From: Candidatus Eiseniibacteriota bacterium
GTDB lineage: Bacteria; Eisenbacteria; RBG-16-71-46
NCBI GenBank assembly: GCA_963707915.1
Contig: OY970178.1
Coordinates: forward strand, 928,001-992,000
Length of the DNA: 64,000 nucleotides
Reading direction: 5' to 3'
Translations under genes and position numbers: made by a program
In this document: positions 22,901-32,938 of the stretch, one piece after another
Position numbering within the stretch: the first letter of the stretch is position 1
How the letters are laid out: each line of letters starts with the position of its first letter
The notes under the pieces: generated by a model
What the model saw: only the letters and a program-made list of their open reading frames with translations
The model's database searches: none
What the model was told of the DNA's origin: nothing

Positions 22901-23194
22901 GCCGGTGGAGAACTCGAGCGTGACCTCCGACTGGCCCGGCCGCGACACCGAGTGGAGCCGCACCAGGCCGGCCACCACGCCCACGGCCTCCTCGACCGGG
23001 CGGGTGACGAACTGCTCGACGTCGCCCGGGGCGGCGTCCGGCAGGTCGGTGCGGACGGTCAGGGTGGGATAGGAGATGTTCGGGAGCAAGTCCACCGGGA
23101 GGCGCGAGCCCGCCACCAGGCCGAAGAGGACCACGCCGACCACGGCCATGAGGACCGTGACCGGCCTGCGGATCGACCCGTCCGTGAGACGCAT
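19994..23194 (-). CDS. RND efflux permease (AcrB/AcrD/AcrF family)
   Basis: 1066 aa. Motifs LPVDLLPNISYP, AVGRLLDDSIVVLESI, GIVTNNGIVLVD, RMRPILMT. Confidence 0.93.
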   Translation of the reverse strand: MRLTDGSIRRPVTVLMAVVGVVLFGLVAGSRLPVDLLPNISYPTLTVRTDLPDAAPGDVEQFVTRPVEEAVGVVAGLVRLHSVSRPGQSEVTLEFSTGTRMDLASLSVREKLDLVTLPREAKRPAILRFDPSLDPILRLRLSGGGNLQRLRRIAERTVKTDLEGAAGVAAVKVVGGVEEEIRVDVDSERLAALGLSLADVTRRLADENVNLAGGSLTEGQAEYLIRATNEFKSPEQIGEVVLAVRRAPASASAAGAVAGVVRVADVATVSRGGRDREVIVRLGGQEAVELSVYKEGDANTVAVAAAVQRRLARLELPPEMKLVTVADQSRFIQNAVDEVTGSAWEGALLAVLVLFAFLRQLRTTLVVALSIPVSVFATFIFMYRLGLSLNIMSLGGLALAVGRLLDDSIVVLESIFRKRQEGLAPREAAAQGAATVSRAVVASTLTTVAVFLPLVFVEGLAGQLIRDQALTVTFSMLGSLAVALTLVPTLSALSGRGAGSAAPVPAAAPAARGGRWLGAMRGVAFALLFLPRTLVRGAGRAGRWVRPAVEWLLRPFDAGYAWIERGYPVVARRALEHPGRVLAFSAGGLAVTLALGLLLPRNLFPAVTQGQFYFNVRLAEGTSLPVTDTTLERIARAVRGDPRVRFVYTSAGQTDLSAFAGSAREANRGQVAVALKSATDGRAEAAVAARLRDAMNGTPGLAYEFGRPALFTFKNPVEVEIYAYDLDTLRTLSGEVARRVARLPGIRDVESSMRLGDPEVQIAFDRDQLAAMGLDPAAASRQVRSAVQGDPSTQFSDLDRKLEVRVRAREDERSAVAELANLQVGRNQGRTVPLGAVARVSVARGPSEIRRISQQRAALVSGNLVGRDLASAAADIERSLRDLQVPPGAKVTIAGQNRELAESFASMRLALLLAVFLVYLVMASQFESLLHPFVIMFTMPMAVAGVVVTLLLTGTPVSVMVLIGLIVLAGIVTNNGIVLVDYANQLRARGVPKIEALIQAGQVRMRPILMTALVTVLGLLPMSLGIGEGAEMRAPLALTLMGGLTSATLLTLIVLPVVYATLDRSR

Positions 23195-23204
23195 CGAGGG
23201 TCGC

Positions 23205-24284
23205 CTAGAGCCGGACCGGCCTGATGCGGGCGCCCTGCTTCAGGCCCCCCTGGCCCACGGTGACGACGCGGTCGCCCGCGGCGAGCCCGGCCAGCACCTG
23301 CGCCGTGTCCCCCGAGACCGCCCCGACCCGGACGGACCGGCGCACCACGCTGTCGCCGCTCGCCACGAACACGAAGTCCTCGCCGTCCTCGGAGATCATG
23401 GCGCGCTGCGGGACGAGGACCACGTTCGCGTGGCTCCCGGTGCGCAGCCGCACGCGGACGAAGCTGCCGGGCCGCAGCAGTCCGTGCGGATCCCGCACCT
23501 CGAGCGTCACCTTGAACGTCCCGTTGGCACGGTCCACGACCGGGTTCACGAGCGCCACGCGGGCCTCGAAGCTGTGTCCGGGGAGCGCGTCCAGGGTGAG
23601 GACCGCGCCCTGGCCGGCCCGCACCCGGGCCGCCTCGCGCTCGGGGAAGTAGAGCCGCGCGAGCAGCGGGTTGAACTCCTCGACCCGGAAGCAGTCGCGG
23701 CCGGGCGTGACGGTCTCGCCCACGTTGACCATGCGGGCGGTCACCCGTCCCGCGAAGGGCGCCGTCAGGCGGGTCTGCGAGAGGGCGTACCGGGCCTCGT
23801 CGAGCGCGACCGCCGCGTTCCGCCGGCGCCACTCGAGATCGTCGGTCTCCTTGTCGCTCAGGAACCCCTGCTCGCGCAGCTGCCGGCCCCGCTCGGTCTC
23901 ACGCTCGGCCAGGTGGGCCGCGATCTCGGCGCGCTCGACCGCGAGCCGGGCGGCGGTGTCGTCGATCCGGGCGAGCAGGTCCCCCTTGCGCACCCGGTCG
24001 CCCTCCTCGGCCGCGAGCTCCCTCAACTGGCCCGGCGCGGCCGCCACCAGGGTGGCGCTGCTGCGGGACTCCAGCGTGGCGGTGGTCTCGAGGAACGTGG
24101 TGATGCTGCCGTGCTTCACCTCGGCCAGCTCGACCGGCGCGGCCAGCGCCGCGGCGCTGTCGCCCTTCTTCCTGCCGTTGCCGCGGGCATTCCGGGCCAG
24201 CAGCACCGCACCGACCCCGACACCGACCACGACGATGGCCACGCTCGTCCAGAACACCGTGCGGCGCCAGCGGGGACCAGACAT
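23205..24284 (-). CDS. RND periplasmic adaptor (membrane fusion protein)
   Basis: SD GGAGG before ATG 24284. N-terminal TM, lipoyl-like motifs EEGDRVRKGDLLARID and LTAPFAGRV, LRPGSF, GLAAGDRVV. Confidence 0.9.
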   Translation of the reverse strand: MSGPRWRRTVFWTSVAIVVVGVGVGAVLLARNARGNGRKKGDSAAALAAPVELAEVKHGSITTFLETTATLESRSSATLVAAAPGQLRELAAEEGDRVRKGDLLARIDDTAARLAVERAEIAAHLAERETERGRQLREQGFLSDKETDDLEWRRRNAAVALDEARYALSQTRLTAPFAGRVTARMVNVGETVTPGRDCFRVEEFNPLLARLYFPEREAARVRAGQGAVLTLDALPGHSFEARVALVNPVVDRANGTFKVTLEVRDPHGLLRPGSFVRVRLRTGSHANVVLVPQRAMISEDGEDFVFVASGDSVVRRSVRVGAVSGDTAQVLAGLAAGDRVVTVGQGGLKQGARIRPVRL

Positions 24285-24328
24285 GCCAACCTCCCTCCGG
24301 GGGTTCGAAGCGGGACTCGCCAGGGGGG

Positions 24329-24356
24329 TTACGCAAGCGGGACGCACGAAGTTGCA
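24329..24356 (-). promoter_or_regulatory. Putative ECF-sigma promoter of the RND operon
   Basis: Minus strand TGCAAC-N17-CGTAA (AAC/CGT ECF consensus), about 45 nt upstream of the MFP start. Confidence 0.45.
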
Positions 24357-24398
24357 GGGCTGCGCCGCGGCAGCGGCGGGCCGACCGCGGGTCCCGCC

Positions 24399-26123
24399 TC
24401 AGCGCGGCGGGGCGACCGGGGCCGCCGCCGAGCCGGCCCGCCGGTCCAACTGCACGATGATCGAATCCAGCCCGTTCATGATCCGGACCGTGGTGGCCAG
24501 CGGATGGCCGGTCGCGCGCGCCCGCGCGACCAGCCGCCGCGCGCCCTCGACGTCGCGCGCCATGAGCTTGGTCGTGGCGGCGAGCACTCCGGTCTCCGGG
24601 TCCGGGACGAGGTCGAAGGCCTGCTCATAGCGGCGAGCCGCCAGGACGGGGTCCTCGTCGTCCATCGCCTGCTGGCCCAGGAACAGGCAGAGCGGGCCGC
24701 GCTGCGGCGGCGGCAGAAGGGGCAGCAGCGCCTCGGCCCGCCGCAGCCCGGTGCGGCGGTCGGCGTGGACCGCGAGCCACGAACCCGCCTGCAGGACGAG
24801 CACCGGCACCAGCACGAGCAACCCCGCGCGCAGGCGCGGCCCGGGGCGCGAGGCCAGCAGCAGCACCGCCCCCACCGTCATCGTCATCCCGGCGGCCACC
24901 CCGAGGTCCCACTCGCGGTAGGCGCCCAGGCCGTTCGCCGCCGACATCTCGAGCCACTGCACCGCCAGCAGCGGCAGCGCCGCCACCGCCAGCAGCCACG
25001 CCCGGGGATCGCGCAGGAAGGCCGGGAGCGCCCGCCCGCCGGCCACGAACGGGGCGGCGAGGGCGAGCGGAGCGACCAGCAGGAGCGCGTTCAGCAGGTC
25101 GGCCGACCGCGCCACGCTCGGCGCGCCGCCGGCCCCCAGCAGCAGCTCGGCGTCGAGCGCGACCTGGGCCGCTCCCCCGCCGACCGACGACCCGAGCCAC
25201 GCCGCGCCCGCGGCCAGCGCGCCGAAGACCAGCAGCCACCGTCGCGCCGCCGGCAGGTCGCCCGGGAGCGAGGGACCGAGCGCGCGCCACAGCAGCACCG
25301 GGGCCAGCACGAGTCCGATGCGATGCGCGAGCAGGACGGCGAGCCAGGCCAGCGCGACGGCGGCGGCCCGACCGCGGGTGCCGAGCGGGGCGAGCAGCGC
25401 GAGCCACCACCACGCCACGGTCACCAGCACCAACCCGGCCACCTCCGCGTAGCCGGCGAAGGACAGGAGGCCACCCGCCAGCGCCAGCGCCGCGAACATC
25501 GCCGGGCGATCGCCGGGCGCCACCCCGAGCCGCGGCAGCAGCCGCGCCAGCGCGGCGAAGAAAGCGAGCGCCAGGAGCACCGAGAGGCAGGCCACCGCGT
25601 CGGCCGCCGTCAGCCCGGCGCGCACCAGCGCCACCGGGATGAGGAGGTCCACCGCGAGGTCCAGCGGGGCGGCGTGGATGCGCCGGGACCACTCGAGGAT
25701 GGAGACGCCCGGCGTCCCCGCCGCGAAGCCCTCCACCGACCGCAGGCGCAGGTCGGTGTCGGCGAGCACGTGCGCCCGCTCGCGCAGCGGGAACGCCAGC
25801 AGCAGGGCGAGGCCGAGCGCCACGGCGAGCCAGGTCCAGCGCCCGCGCGGACGACGCGCGGCCAGCGCCGTCACGGCGGCGACCGCGGCGGCCGCGGCCA
25901 GCAGCCCGATCCGCGTGGCGACCCCGACGCTGCGGAAGCCGTTCAGCGCCCAGCCCCACCCCGCGTCCGCGGGAGCGAGCAGCAGCGCCGCGCCCCAGGC
26001 CAGGGCCAGCCCCAGCGCCGCCACCGGGGCGCGCGCGGCGGCGCCATGCGTCCGCCCGGCGGCCCCGCCGGGTGCCACCCCGCTCGAGCGCGTCTTGCCG
26101 TGCGCCCGGCGCGGCTGGCTCAT
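24399..26123 (-). CDS. Polytopic membrane protein, paralog-like to 7604-9745
   Basis: Starts MSQPRR (ATG 26123, ATGA overlap with the M2 gene stop). Motifs AHVLADTD, FAGYAEV, LGAYREWD and a short TPR-like tail. Confidence 0.65.
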   Translation of the reverse strand: MSQPRRAHGKTRSSGVAPGGAAGRTHGAAARAPVAALGLALAWGAALLLAPADAGWGWALNGFRSVGVATRIGLLAAAAAVAAVTALAARRPRGRWTWLAVALGLALLLAFPLRERAHVLADTDLRLRSVEGFAAGTPGVSILEWSRRIHAAPLDLAVDLLIPVALVRAGLTAADAVACLSVLLALAFFAALARLLPRLGVAPGDRPAMFAALALAGGLLSFAGYAEVAGLVLVTVAWWWLALLAPLGTRGRAAAVALAWLAVLLAHRIGLVLAPVLLWRALGPSLPGDLPAARRWLLVFGALAAGAAWLGSSVGGGAAQVALDAELLLGAGGAPSVARSADLLNALLLVAPLALAAPFVAGGRALPAFLRDPRAWLLAVAALPLLAVQWLEMSAANGLGAYREWDLGVAAGMTMTVGAVLLLASRPGPRLRAGLLVLVPVLVLQAGSWLAVHADRRTGLRRAEALLPLLPPPQRGPLCLFLGQQAMDDEDPVLAARRYEQAFDLVPDPETGVLAATTKLMARDVEGARRLVARARATGHPLATTVRIMNGLDSIIVQLDRRAGSAAAPVAPPR

Positions 26124-27947
26124 TCCCAGCCGATCTGCCGGCCCCGGTTCTGCTTCTCGAGCCAGGCCATGAGCGGCTTGAAGTACTCGACCATGGCGCG
26201 GGTGGACAGCTCCTCGCCGGTCGCGTCCCGCAGCACGGTGCGCCATTCCGCGGTCGCGCCCCGGCGCATCATGCCCTGGAAGAAGGCGCCGACCCGCGGG
26301 TCGCCCGCGTAGTTGCAGGCCCGCGGGTCCGACTTCAGGATGCGGCGCGCGATGTGGTCGTTGAGCTGGTACGAGAGCACCGTCGCCACCGTGTACGAGT
26401 AGTAGTAGGCCGGGGCGTCGGTGATGTGGGTCTTGGTCGCGGCGTCGCAGTACTCCTCGCCGCGCGGCGACGGCGGCTCGACGCCCTGGTAGTCCGCCAC
26501 GTACTTCCACCAGCGCTCGTTCCACTGGTCGGGCGACAGCTCGTTGGCGTAGAGGTCGGCCTCCCAGTGCGTCATCACCCCCGAGCCCCAGAACATGAAC
26601 GGGAGGTTCGCCAGCGCCAGCGTGAGCAGCGGGGCGATCGGGTCGGCCGGCTTCCCCTTCGGCGCCAGGCCGAGCGACTGGAGGTACGGCGTCTGCCGCG
26701 CCGCCATCTCGCCCACCGTGGCCATGCCCTCGTGGAAGGACGGGCTGGCGCCGGTGCGCAGCAGCGGCGGGACCTCGGGACGGGCGTAGTTGAGGTCGTA
26801 GTAGCGCGTGCCCCAGCTCGTGGTGCGCCGTGCCGAACCACTGCTCGTTCGCCTCGACGCTCATCAGCGAGCGGATGTCCTGGTCGAGGTCCACGTGCCA
26901 GCACGAGGCGTGCGTGTTCTTCTTGCGCGCGTCACCGGCCGGGACCGGGTAGAGGTCCGAGTTCTTCCAGAACGACGCCGGCAGCGGGCCCATGCCCAGT
27001 CCCGACCAGAAGCCTTCGGCGGTCTTCACGACCCACTCGCGATCGTGGCTCTCGATGGCCGCATCGAGGCCGACGGGGGCCGCCATCGCGTTCCACTCCT
27101 GCGACCAGCGGTTCGGGATCCAGTGCGCGGGGATGCGCTTCGGCACGGGCTGGCCGTACTTCTTCGCCAGTTCGTACTTCGCCCAGGTGTGCAGCTGCAG
27201 GTAGAGCGGCCGGAGCTCGCGCAGGAAGTCCTCGTTCAGCTTCAGCATCTCCGCGGTGGTCATGTCGTGCCCCGCCACCTGCAGGGCGAAGTAGTCGTGG
27301 TAGCCCAGCTCCCGCGCCACCCCGTTGCGCAGCTCCTGCAGCTTGACCAGGCCGGGCTTCAGCGCCGGGCCCGTCTGCTTGGACGCCTCCCAGACCGCGA
27401 GGCGCTGCGGCAGGTCGGTGAGCTTCTCGAGCCGGTCGTCGATCTCGTTCACGGTGATCGGCTTGCCGTCCAGCGTGAAGGTGAAGCCGTTCAGGGTCGA
27501 GGCCTGCTTCGTCTCGGCCTCGATGCGGGCCCGCGACCAGCTCCGGGTTGGTCATCGGCCCCTCGGCCGCGTTGAGCAGCACGCGCTCCAGCTGCCGGAC
27601 CGTGAGCGGCTCGAGCTCGGCCCGCTGCTCGAGCAGCGCCTTCGCCTCGGTGATCACCGCGGGATTGCCGTTGAACGCCGCCCGCGCCTTGCCGGCCGCC
27701 TCGGCGGCGGCATCGTGGGCGGGCGACACGTCGGTCGACGGCGTCCCACAGCGCGCGCGACTCGACCGTGTAGACCGCCTGGTAGGCCGACGTTGACCAG
27801 GTCGAGGAAACGATCGGCCCGCTCCTGGACGGCGGACCGGGTGGCGGGCTGCGCCTGCGCGCAGCGCGGGACGGCGGGCGGGAGCAACGTGACCGCGGCG
27901 ACGAGCAACGTCGCCGACATCCGGGCGAACGGGTTCCAGCGATCCAT
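26120..27947 (-). CDS. Secreted M2 family metallopeptidase (peptidyl-dipeptidase A / ACE-like), about 4 frameshifts
   Basis: SD AGGAG, signal peptide MDRWNPFARM.... Motifs RNGVARELGY, IPAHWIPNRWSQEW, SDLYP..KKNTHASCW, HHELGH, FHEG, DAATKTHI...YYSY, MVEYFKPLMAWL across three frames. Confidence 0.88.
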
Positions 27948-28226
27948 CGGCGGTCTCCTGCGGGAGCGGCGCGGCGGCCCGGACGGAGCCCCGACGGCCC
28001 GGCGGCCCCCCGCGCACGGAAGGCGGGAACGTAGCAGATGCGGCACCGCGGAGCGCCGGGAATCGGAACCAGCGCGGGCCCCGGACCGACGGCCGCGCCG
28101 GGCGCGGCGGCGACGCACAATGGGGTTGACAGGGATTCCGCCCGGGGGTTCCATCCGCTCGGATCGGGGGCCGAGCCCACCGCCGCGCGGGGGGCGGACG
28201 GCTCCACCCCATCACCGGAGGACGAC

Positions 28227-28598
28227 ATGCATTGTCCGCGCTGCAGGACCGAGTACGAGCCGGGCGTCACGCGGTGCCCCGATTGCGATCTCGCCCTGGC
28301 CGAGGGCGCCGCGCCGCCGGAGCGGGACGAAGCCGAGTGGGTGGACCTGGTCACGGTGCTCGAGACCGGCGACCCGTCGCTCCTGCTGGTGACCAAGTCG
28401 CTGCTCGAGGCGGAGGGCGTGCCCTGCTTCGTCGAGGGCGTGGGGGTCTACGAGGGGCTCGGGGCGGGGCGCATCGCGAGCGCCGACCTGCCGATGGGCC
28501 CCGGCAAGCTTCGCGTCCATCCGCAGGACGTGGAAGCCGCGCGCGCGCTGCTGGCCACCCTGCCACCCTTGAGCGAGACCGCGGAACCGGAGGCCTGA
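28227..28598 (+). CDS. DUF2007-like putative signal-transducing protein with N-terminal zinc ribbon
   Basis: SD GGAGG. MHCPRCRTEY..CPDC, KSLLEAEGVPCFV, LRVHPQDVEAARALL. Confidence 0.8.
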   Translation: MHCPRCRTEYEPGVTRCPDCDLALAEGAAPPERDEAEWVDLVTVLETGDPSLLLVTKSLLEAEGVPCFVEGVGVYEGLGAGRIASADLPMGPGKLRVHPQDVEAARALLATLPPLSETAEPEA

Positions 28599-28815
28599 CG
28601 GCGGCACAGGCCGTTGAGGCGCCTGGACCTGCGCCGGGCCCTTCATGCGGGACGCGAGCAGCGCCCCTGCCCACCCGCTCCACCGCCGACGGCCGACTCC
28701 CGGCGCCGCCGCGGGCGGTCACCGCGCCCGAAGTGCTAGCATGCGCCATCTCTCGAAGCGGTGCGCGCCACGCCTCGTACGGGCGCACCCCCGCCCTCCT
28801 CCAAGGAGCCTTCGC

Positions 28816-30720
28816 ATGAAGCGGTACCGGTTTCCCCTGATCCTCGCAGCCCTGCTCGCGGCCGTGCTCCTCGCCCCCGCCGCCCGCGCCGAGGAACGCG
28901 CGAACGTCCCCGAGAAGCTCAAGTGGAACACCGCCGACCTCTACACGTCCGAGGACGCCTGGTACCAGGCCAAGGACGCCGTCGCCGCGCGCGTCCCGAA
29001 GATGGCCGAGTTCCAGGGCAAGCTCGGCGAGTCCGCCGCCACCTTCTTCGCCGCCATTTCGGCCATGGAGGACGTGGACAAGGACCTCACCCGGCTGCAG
29101 GTCTACTCCAGCATGCGGGGAGACGAGGACACGCGCCTCGCCAAGCCGCGCGAGATGAACCAGGCGGTCGAGCAGCTGGCGGTGCAGTTCTACTCGACGA
29201 TCTCCTACATCCGGCCCGAGATCCTCGCGCTGGGCGCCGAGAAGGTGAACGGGTTCCTCGCCGCCGAGCCCCGGCTGGCCCCCTACAAGCCGATGCTCGA
29301 CGACATCCTGCGCTACGCCCCGCACACGCTGAGCGCGCCCGAGGAGAAGGTCGCTTCCCAGGCCGAGCTCATGGCGGACAACGCCGGCAGCGCGTACCGC
29401 ACGTTCAAGGACGCGGACATGCCCTACCCCGAGATCACGCTCGCGAACGGGGACAAGGTCCGGCTCGACGCGCAGGCCTACACGAAGTACCGCGCCAGCG
29501 CGGACCGCGCGGAGCGCGACCAGGTGTTCGAGGCGTTCTTCTCGTGCTTCAAGTCCTTCGAGCGCACGTTCGGCACGACGCTGTACGGCGAGGTCAAGAC
29601 CCACCTCTTCAACAAGGACGTGCACAAGTTCGACTCGTCGCTCGAGGCCGCGCTGTTCAACTCGAACGTGCCGGTCACCGTCTACCAGCAGCTCATCTCG
29701 CGACGTGCACGCCAACCTGCCCACGCTGCACCGCTACCTGAAGCTGCGCCAGCGCATGATGGGCGTGGATCAGCTGCGCTACGAGGACCTCTACGCCCCG
29801 ATCGTCAAGAAGGTGGACCTGCGCTACACGCCCGAGCAGGCCACGGACCTGGTGCTCAAGGCGGTCGCGCCGCTGGGTCCGGCGTACGTGGACACGCTCA
29901 AGACCGGCTTCGAGAACCGCTGGGTGGACTTCGTGCCCACCACCGGCAAGCGCTCGGGCGCGTACAGCACCGGCGCCTACGGCGTGCACCCCTACCAGCT
30001 GCAGAACTTCACCGGGCTGCTACGAGGAGGTCTCGACGCTGGCCCACGAGTCGGGCCACTCGATGCACACCTACCTCTCCGACCAGAAGCAGCCGTACGC
30101 CACCCACGACTACAAGATCTTCGTGGCCGAGGTGGCCTCGACGCTGAACGAGAACCTGCTGCTCCACTACATGCTGGGCCAGACCAAGGACCGGGACACC
30201 CGCCTGTTCCTGCTGGGCAGCGCCCTCGACGGCCTGCGCACGACGCTCTTCCGCCAGACGCTGTTCGCCGAGTTCGAGCTGAGGATCCACGAGCTGGCGG
30301 AGCAGGGCGAGCCGCTCACCGGCGAGAAGATGAGCGAGCTGTACCTCGGGCTGGTCAAGGACTACTACGGCGACGCCCAGGGCGTCTGCAAGGTGAAGGA
30401 CCTGTACGGCGTCGAGTGGGCCTACATCCCGCACTTCTACTACAACTTCTACGTCTTCCAGTACGCCACCAGCATCACGGCCTCGGCGCAGATCGCCGCG
30501 AACATGCGGGCGGACGCCGCGCTCAGGAAGCCGGTCGCGAAGAGCCGCGACGCCTACCTGGCGATGCTCTCCTCCGGCTCGTCGAAGTACCCGATCGACC
30601 TGCTCAAGGTCGCGGGCGTGGACATGACGACCTCCGGCGCCGTTCAACGCGGCGATCAAGGAGATGAACGGCATCATGGACGAGATGGAGAAGCTGCTCG
30701 CGGCGCCGCCGCAGAAGTAG
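28816..30720 (+). CDS. pepF: Oligoendopeptidase F (M3B), secreted, copy 1 (frameshifts near 29700, 30020, 30640)
   Basis: Signal peptide, KWNTADLY, GKRSGAYS, HPY, TLAHESGHSMH, FVAEVAST, FRQTLFAEFE, WAYIPHFY, YVFQYAT. Confidence 0.9.
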
Positions 30721-30743
30721 CGGCGTCTCCACGCGCGGACACC

Positions 30744-30777
30744 GACCGCCGGGCCCGGGGGCCCGGCGGTCCTGTTT
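30744..30777 (+). terminator. Terminator-like hairpin after pepF copy 1
   Basis: GACCGCCGGGCC-cggg-GGCCCGGCGGTC followed by CTGTTT. Confidence 0.55.
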
Positions 30778-30966
30778 GCCGCCCGGCGACGGCCCCGGAG
30801 CGCGTTCGTCCGGCCGAACCGCCCGTTCGGCGGCAGACCTGTCGCCCGGCCCGTCCCGTCCACTAGGATGCCCGGCGCCCGGGATGCGGCACGCCGCATC
30901 CGGGCCGCTCGCGTCCGGCGCCAGCCGGGCGCGGCCGAGGGATCGTCCCCAGGCAAGGAGCTTCGC

Positions 30967-32870
30967 ATGAAGTCCCATCGTCCGGCCGTCGTCCTCGCCG
31001 CCCTCGCGGTGGCGGGCTGTCTCGTCACGCCCGCCCGCGCCGAGGAGCGCGCCAACGTCCCCGAGAAGTACCGGTGGCGGACCGCGGACCTCTACCCGTC
31101 CGAGGCCGCCTGGCTGCAGGCCCGGGACGACATCGCCGCCCGCGTCCCGAAGCTGGCCGCGTTCCAGGGCCGGCTCGGCGAGTCCGCCGGCGTCTTCCAC
31201 GAGGCGCTGGCCACCCGGATGGACGTGGACCGCGCGCTCTACCAGCTCCGCATCTACGCCACGCTGCGCAAGGACGAGGACGCGCGCCTGGGACGGCCCA
31301 ACGAGCTCTTCCAGATGGCGAACAAGCTGCTCGTGGACTACTCCTCGACGATCTCCTACATGCGGCCCGAGATCCTCGCGCTGGGAGCCGAGAAGGTCCA
31401 CGGCTTCGTGGCCGCGGACCCGCGGCTCGCAGCCCTACCGCCCCTGGCTCGACGACATCCTGCGCTACGCGCCGCACACCCTGGGCGCCGCCGAGGAGAC
31501 GGATCGTCTCGCAGGCCGGCATCATGGCGGGCGCGCCCTCGCAGACCTACGACATCTTCAAGGCCGCCGACATGCCGTACCCCGAGGTCACGCTCTCGAC
31601 CGGCGAGACGGTGCGTGTCGACGACGCGGCCTACACCCAGTATCGGGCGCTGCCGGACCGCGCCGACCGCCGCAAGGTCTTCGAGGCCTTCTGGTCGAGG
31701 CACAAGGAGTTCGAGCGCACGCTGGGCACCACGCTCGACGCCGAGGTCAAGACCCACCTCTTCGAGAAGGACGTCCACCGCTACCCGTCCTGCCTCGAGG
31801 CCTCGCTGTTCGAGTCGAACATCCCGGCGGGCGTCTACCGGCAGCTCGTCGCCGACGTACACGCCAACCTGCCCACGCTGCACCGCTACCTGAGGCTGCG
31901 CCAGCGCATGATGGGCGTCGACACGCTGGGCTACGAGGACCTCTACGCCCCCATCCTCAAGGAGGTGGACCTTCGCTACACGCCCGAGCAGGCGGTGGAC
32001 CTGGTGCTGAAGGCGGTCGCCCCGCTGGGGCCGGAGTACGTGAGCACGCTGCGACAGGGCCTCGAGAACGGGTGGACGGACTGGATGCCGACGACCGGCA
32101 AGCAGTCGGGCGCCTACAGCGAGGCGGTCTACGGCGTCCACCCCTACCAGCTGCTGAACTTCACCGGGCTGTACGAGGAGGTCTCGACCCTGGCCCACGA
32201 GTCGGGCCACTCGATGCACAGCTACCTGTCGGACCGGACCCAGCCGTACGTCACCCGCGAGTACAAGACCTTCGTCGCGGAGGTCGCCTCGACGCTCAAC
32301 GAGAACCTCCTGCTCCAGTACATGCTCGGCCAGACCCGCGACCGGGACACGCGGCTGTTCCTGCTCGGCAGCCGGCTGGACGACCTGCGGCTGACGCTCT
32401 TCCGCCAGGTGCTGTTCGCCGAGTTCGAGCTGAAGATCCACGAGATGGCCGAGCAGGGCCAGCCGCTGACCGGCGAGAAGCTGAGCGAGGTCTACCTCGG
32501 GCTGCTCAAGGAGTACTACGGGGACGCGCAGGGCGTCTGCCGGGTGAAGGACCTCTACGGGGTGGAGTGGGCGTACATCCAGCACTTCTACATGGATTTC
32601 TACGTCTTCCAGTACGCCACCAGCATCATCGGCTCGTCCGCGATCGCCACGGAGATGCGCGCCGAGGCGGCGGCGAGGAAGCCGCTGACGAGGCAGCGCG
32701 ACGCCTACCTGCGGATGCTCGCGGCCGGCTCCTCGAAGGACCCCATCGACGAGCTGAAGGACGCGGGCGTGGACATGACCACGCCGGCGCCGTTCGGCGC
32801 GGCCATGCGGGAGATGAACGGCATCATGGACGAGATGGAGAAGCTGCTCGCGGAGAAGCCGAAGAAGTAG
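30967..32870 (+). CDS. pepF: Oligoendopeptidase F (M3B), secreted, copy 2 (frameshifts near 31430 and 31500)
   Basis: Signal peptide. GKQSGAYS, LAHESGHSMH, FVAEVAST, FRQVLFAEFE. Confidence 0.9.
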
Positions 32871-32938
32871 CCGCGCGCCGGCGCCGCGCGGTCCGATCGT
32901 GGCCGCGCGGCGCCGGACCGCCCCGCCTGGAGGACCGC

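Noticed and set aside
16924..26312. Plus-strand ORFs over 1000 aa opposite the RND operon
   Set aside because: Antisense shadow ORFs of clearly recognisable minus-strand genes.
24399..27452. Apparent M2 peptidase-membrane protein fusion (1017 aa)
   Set aside because: The frame breaks right after HHELGH. The peptidase continues in ORF 26120-26725 and stops at an ATGA overlap with the next gene.
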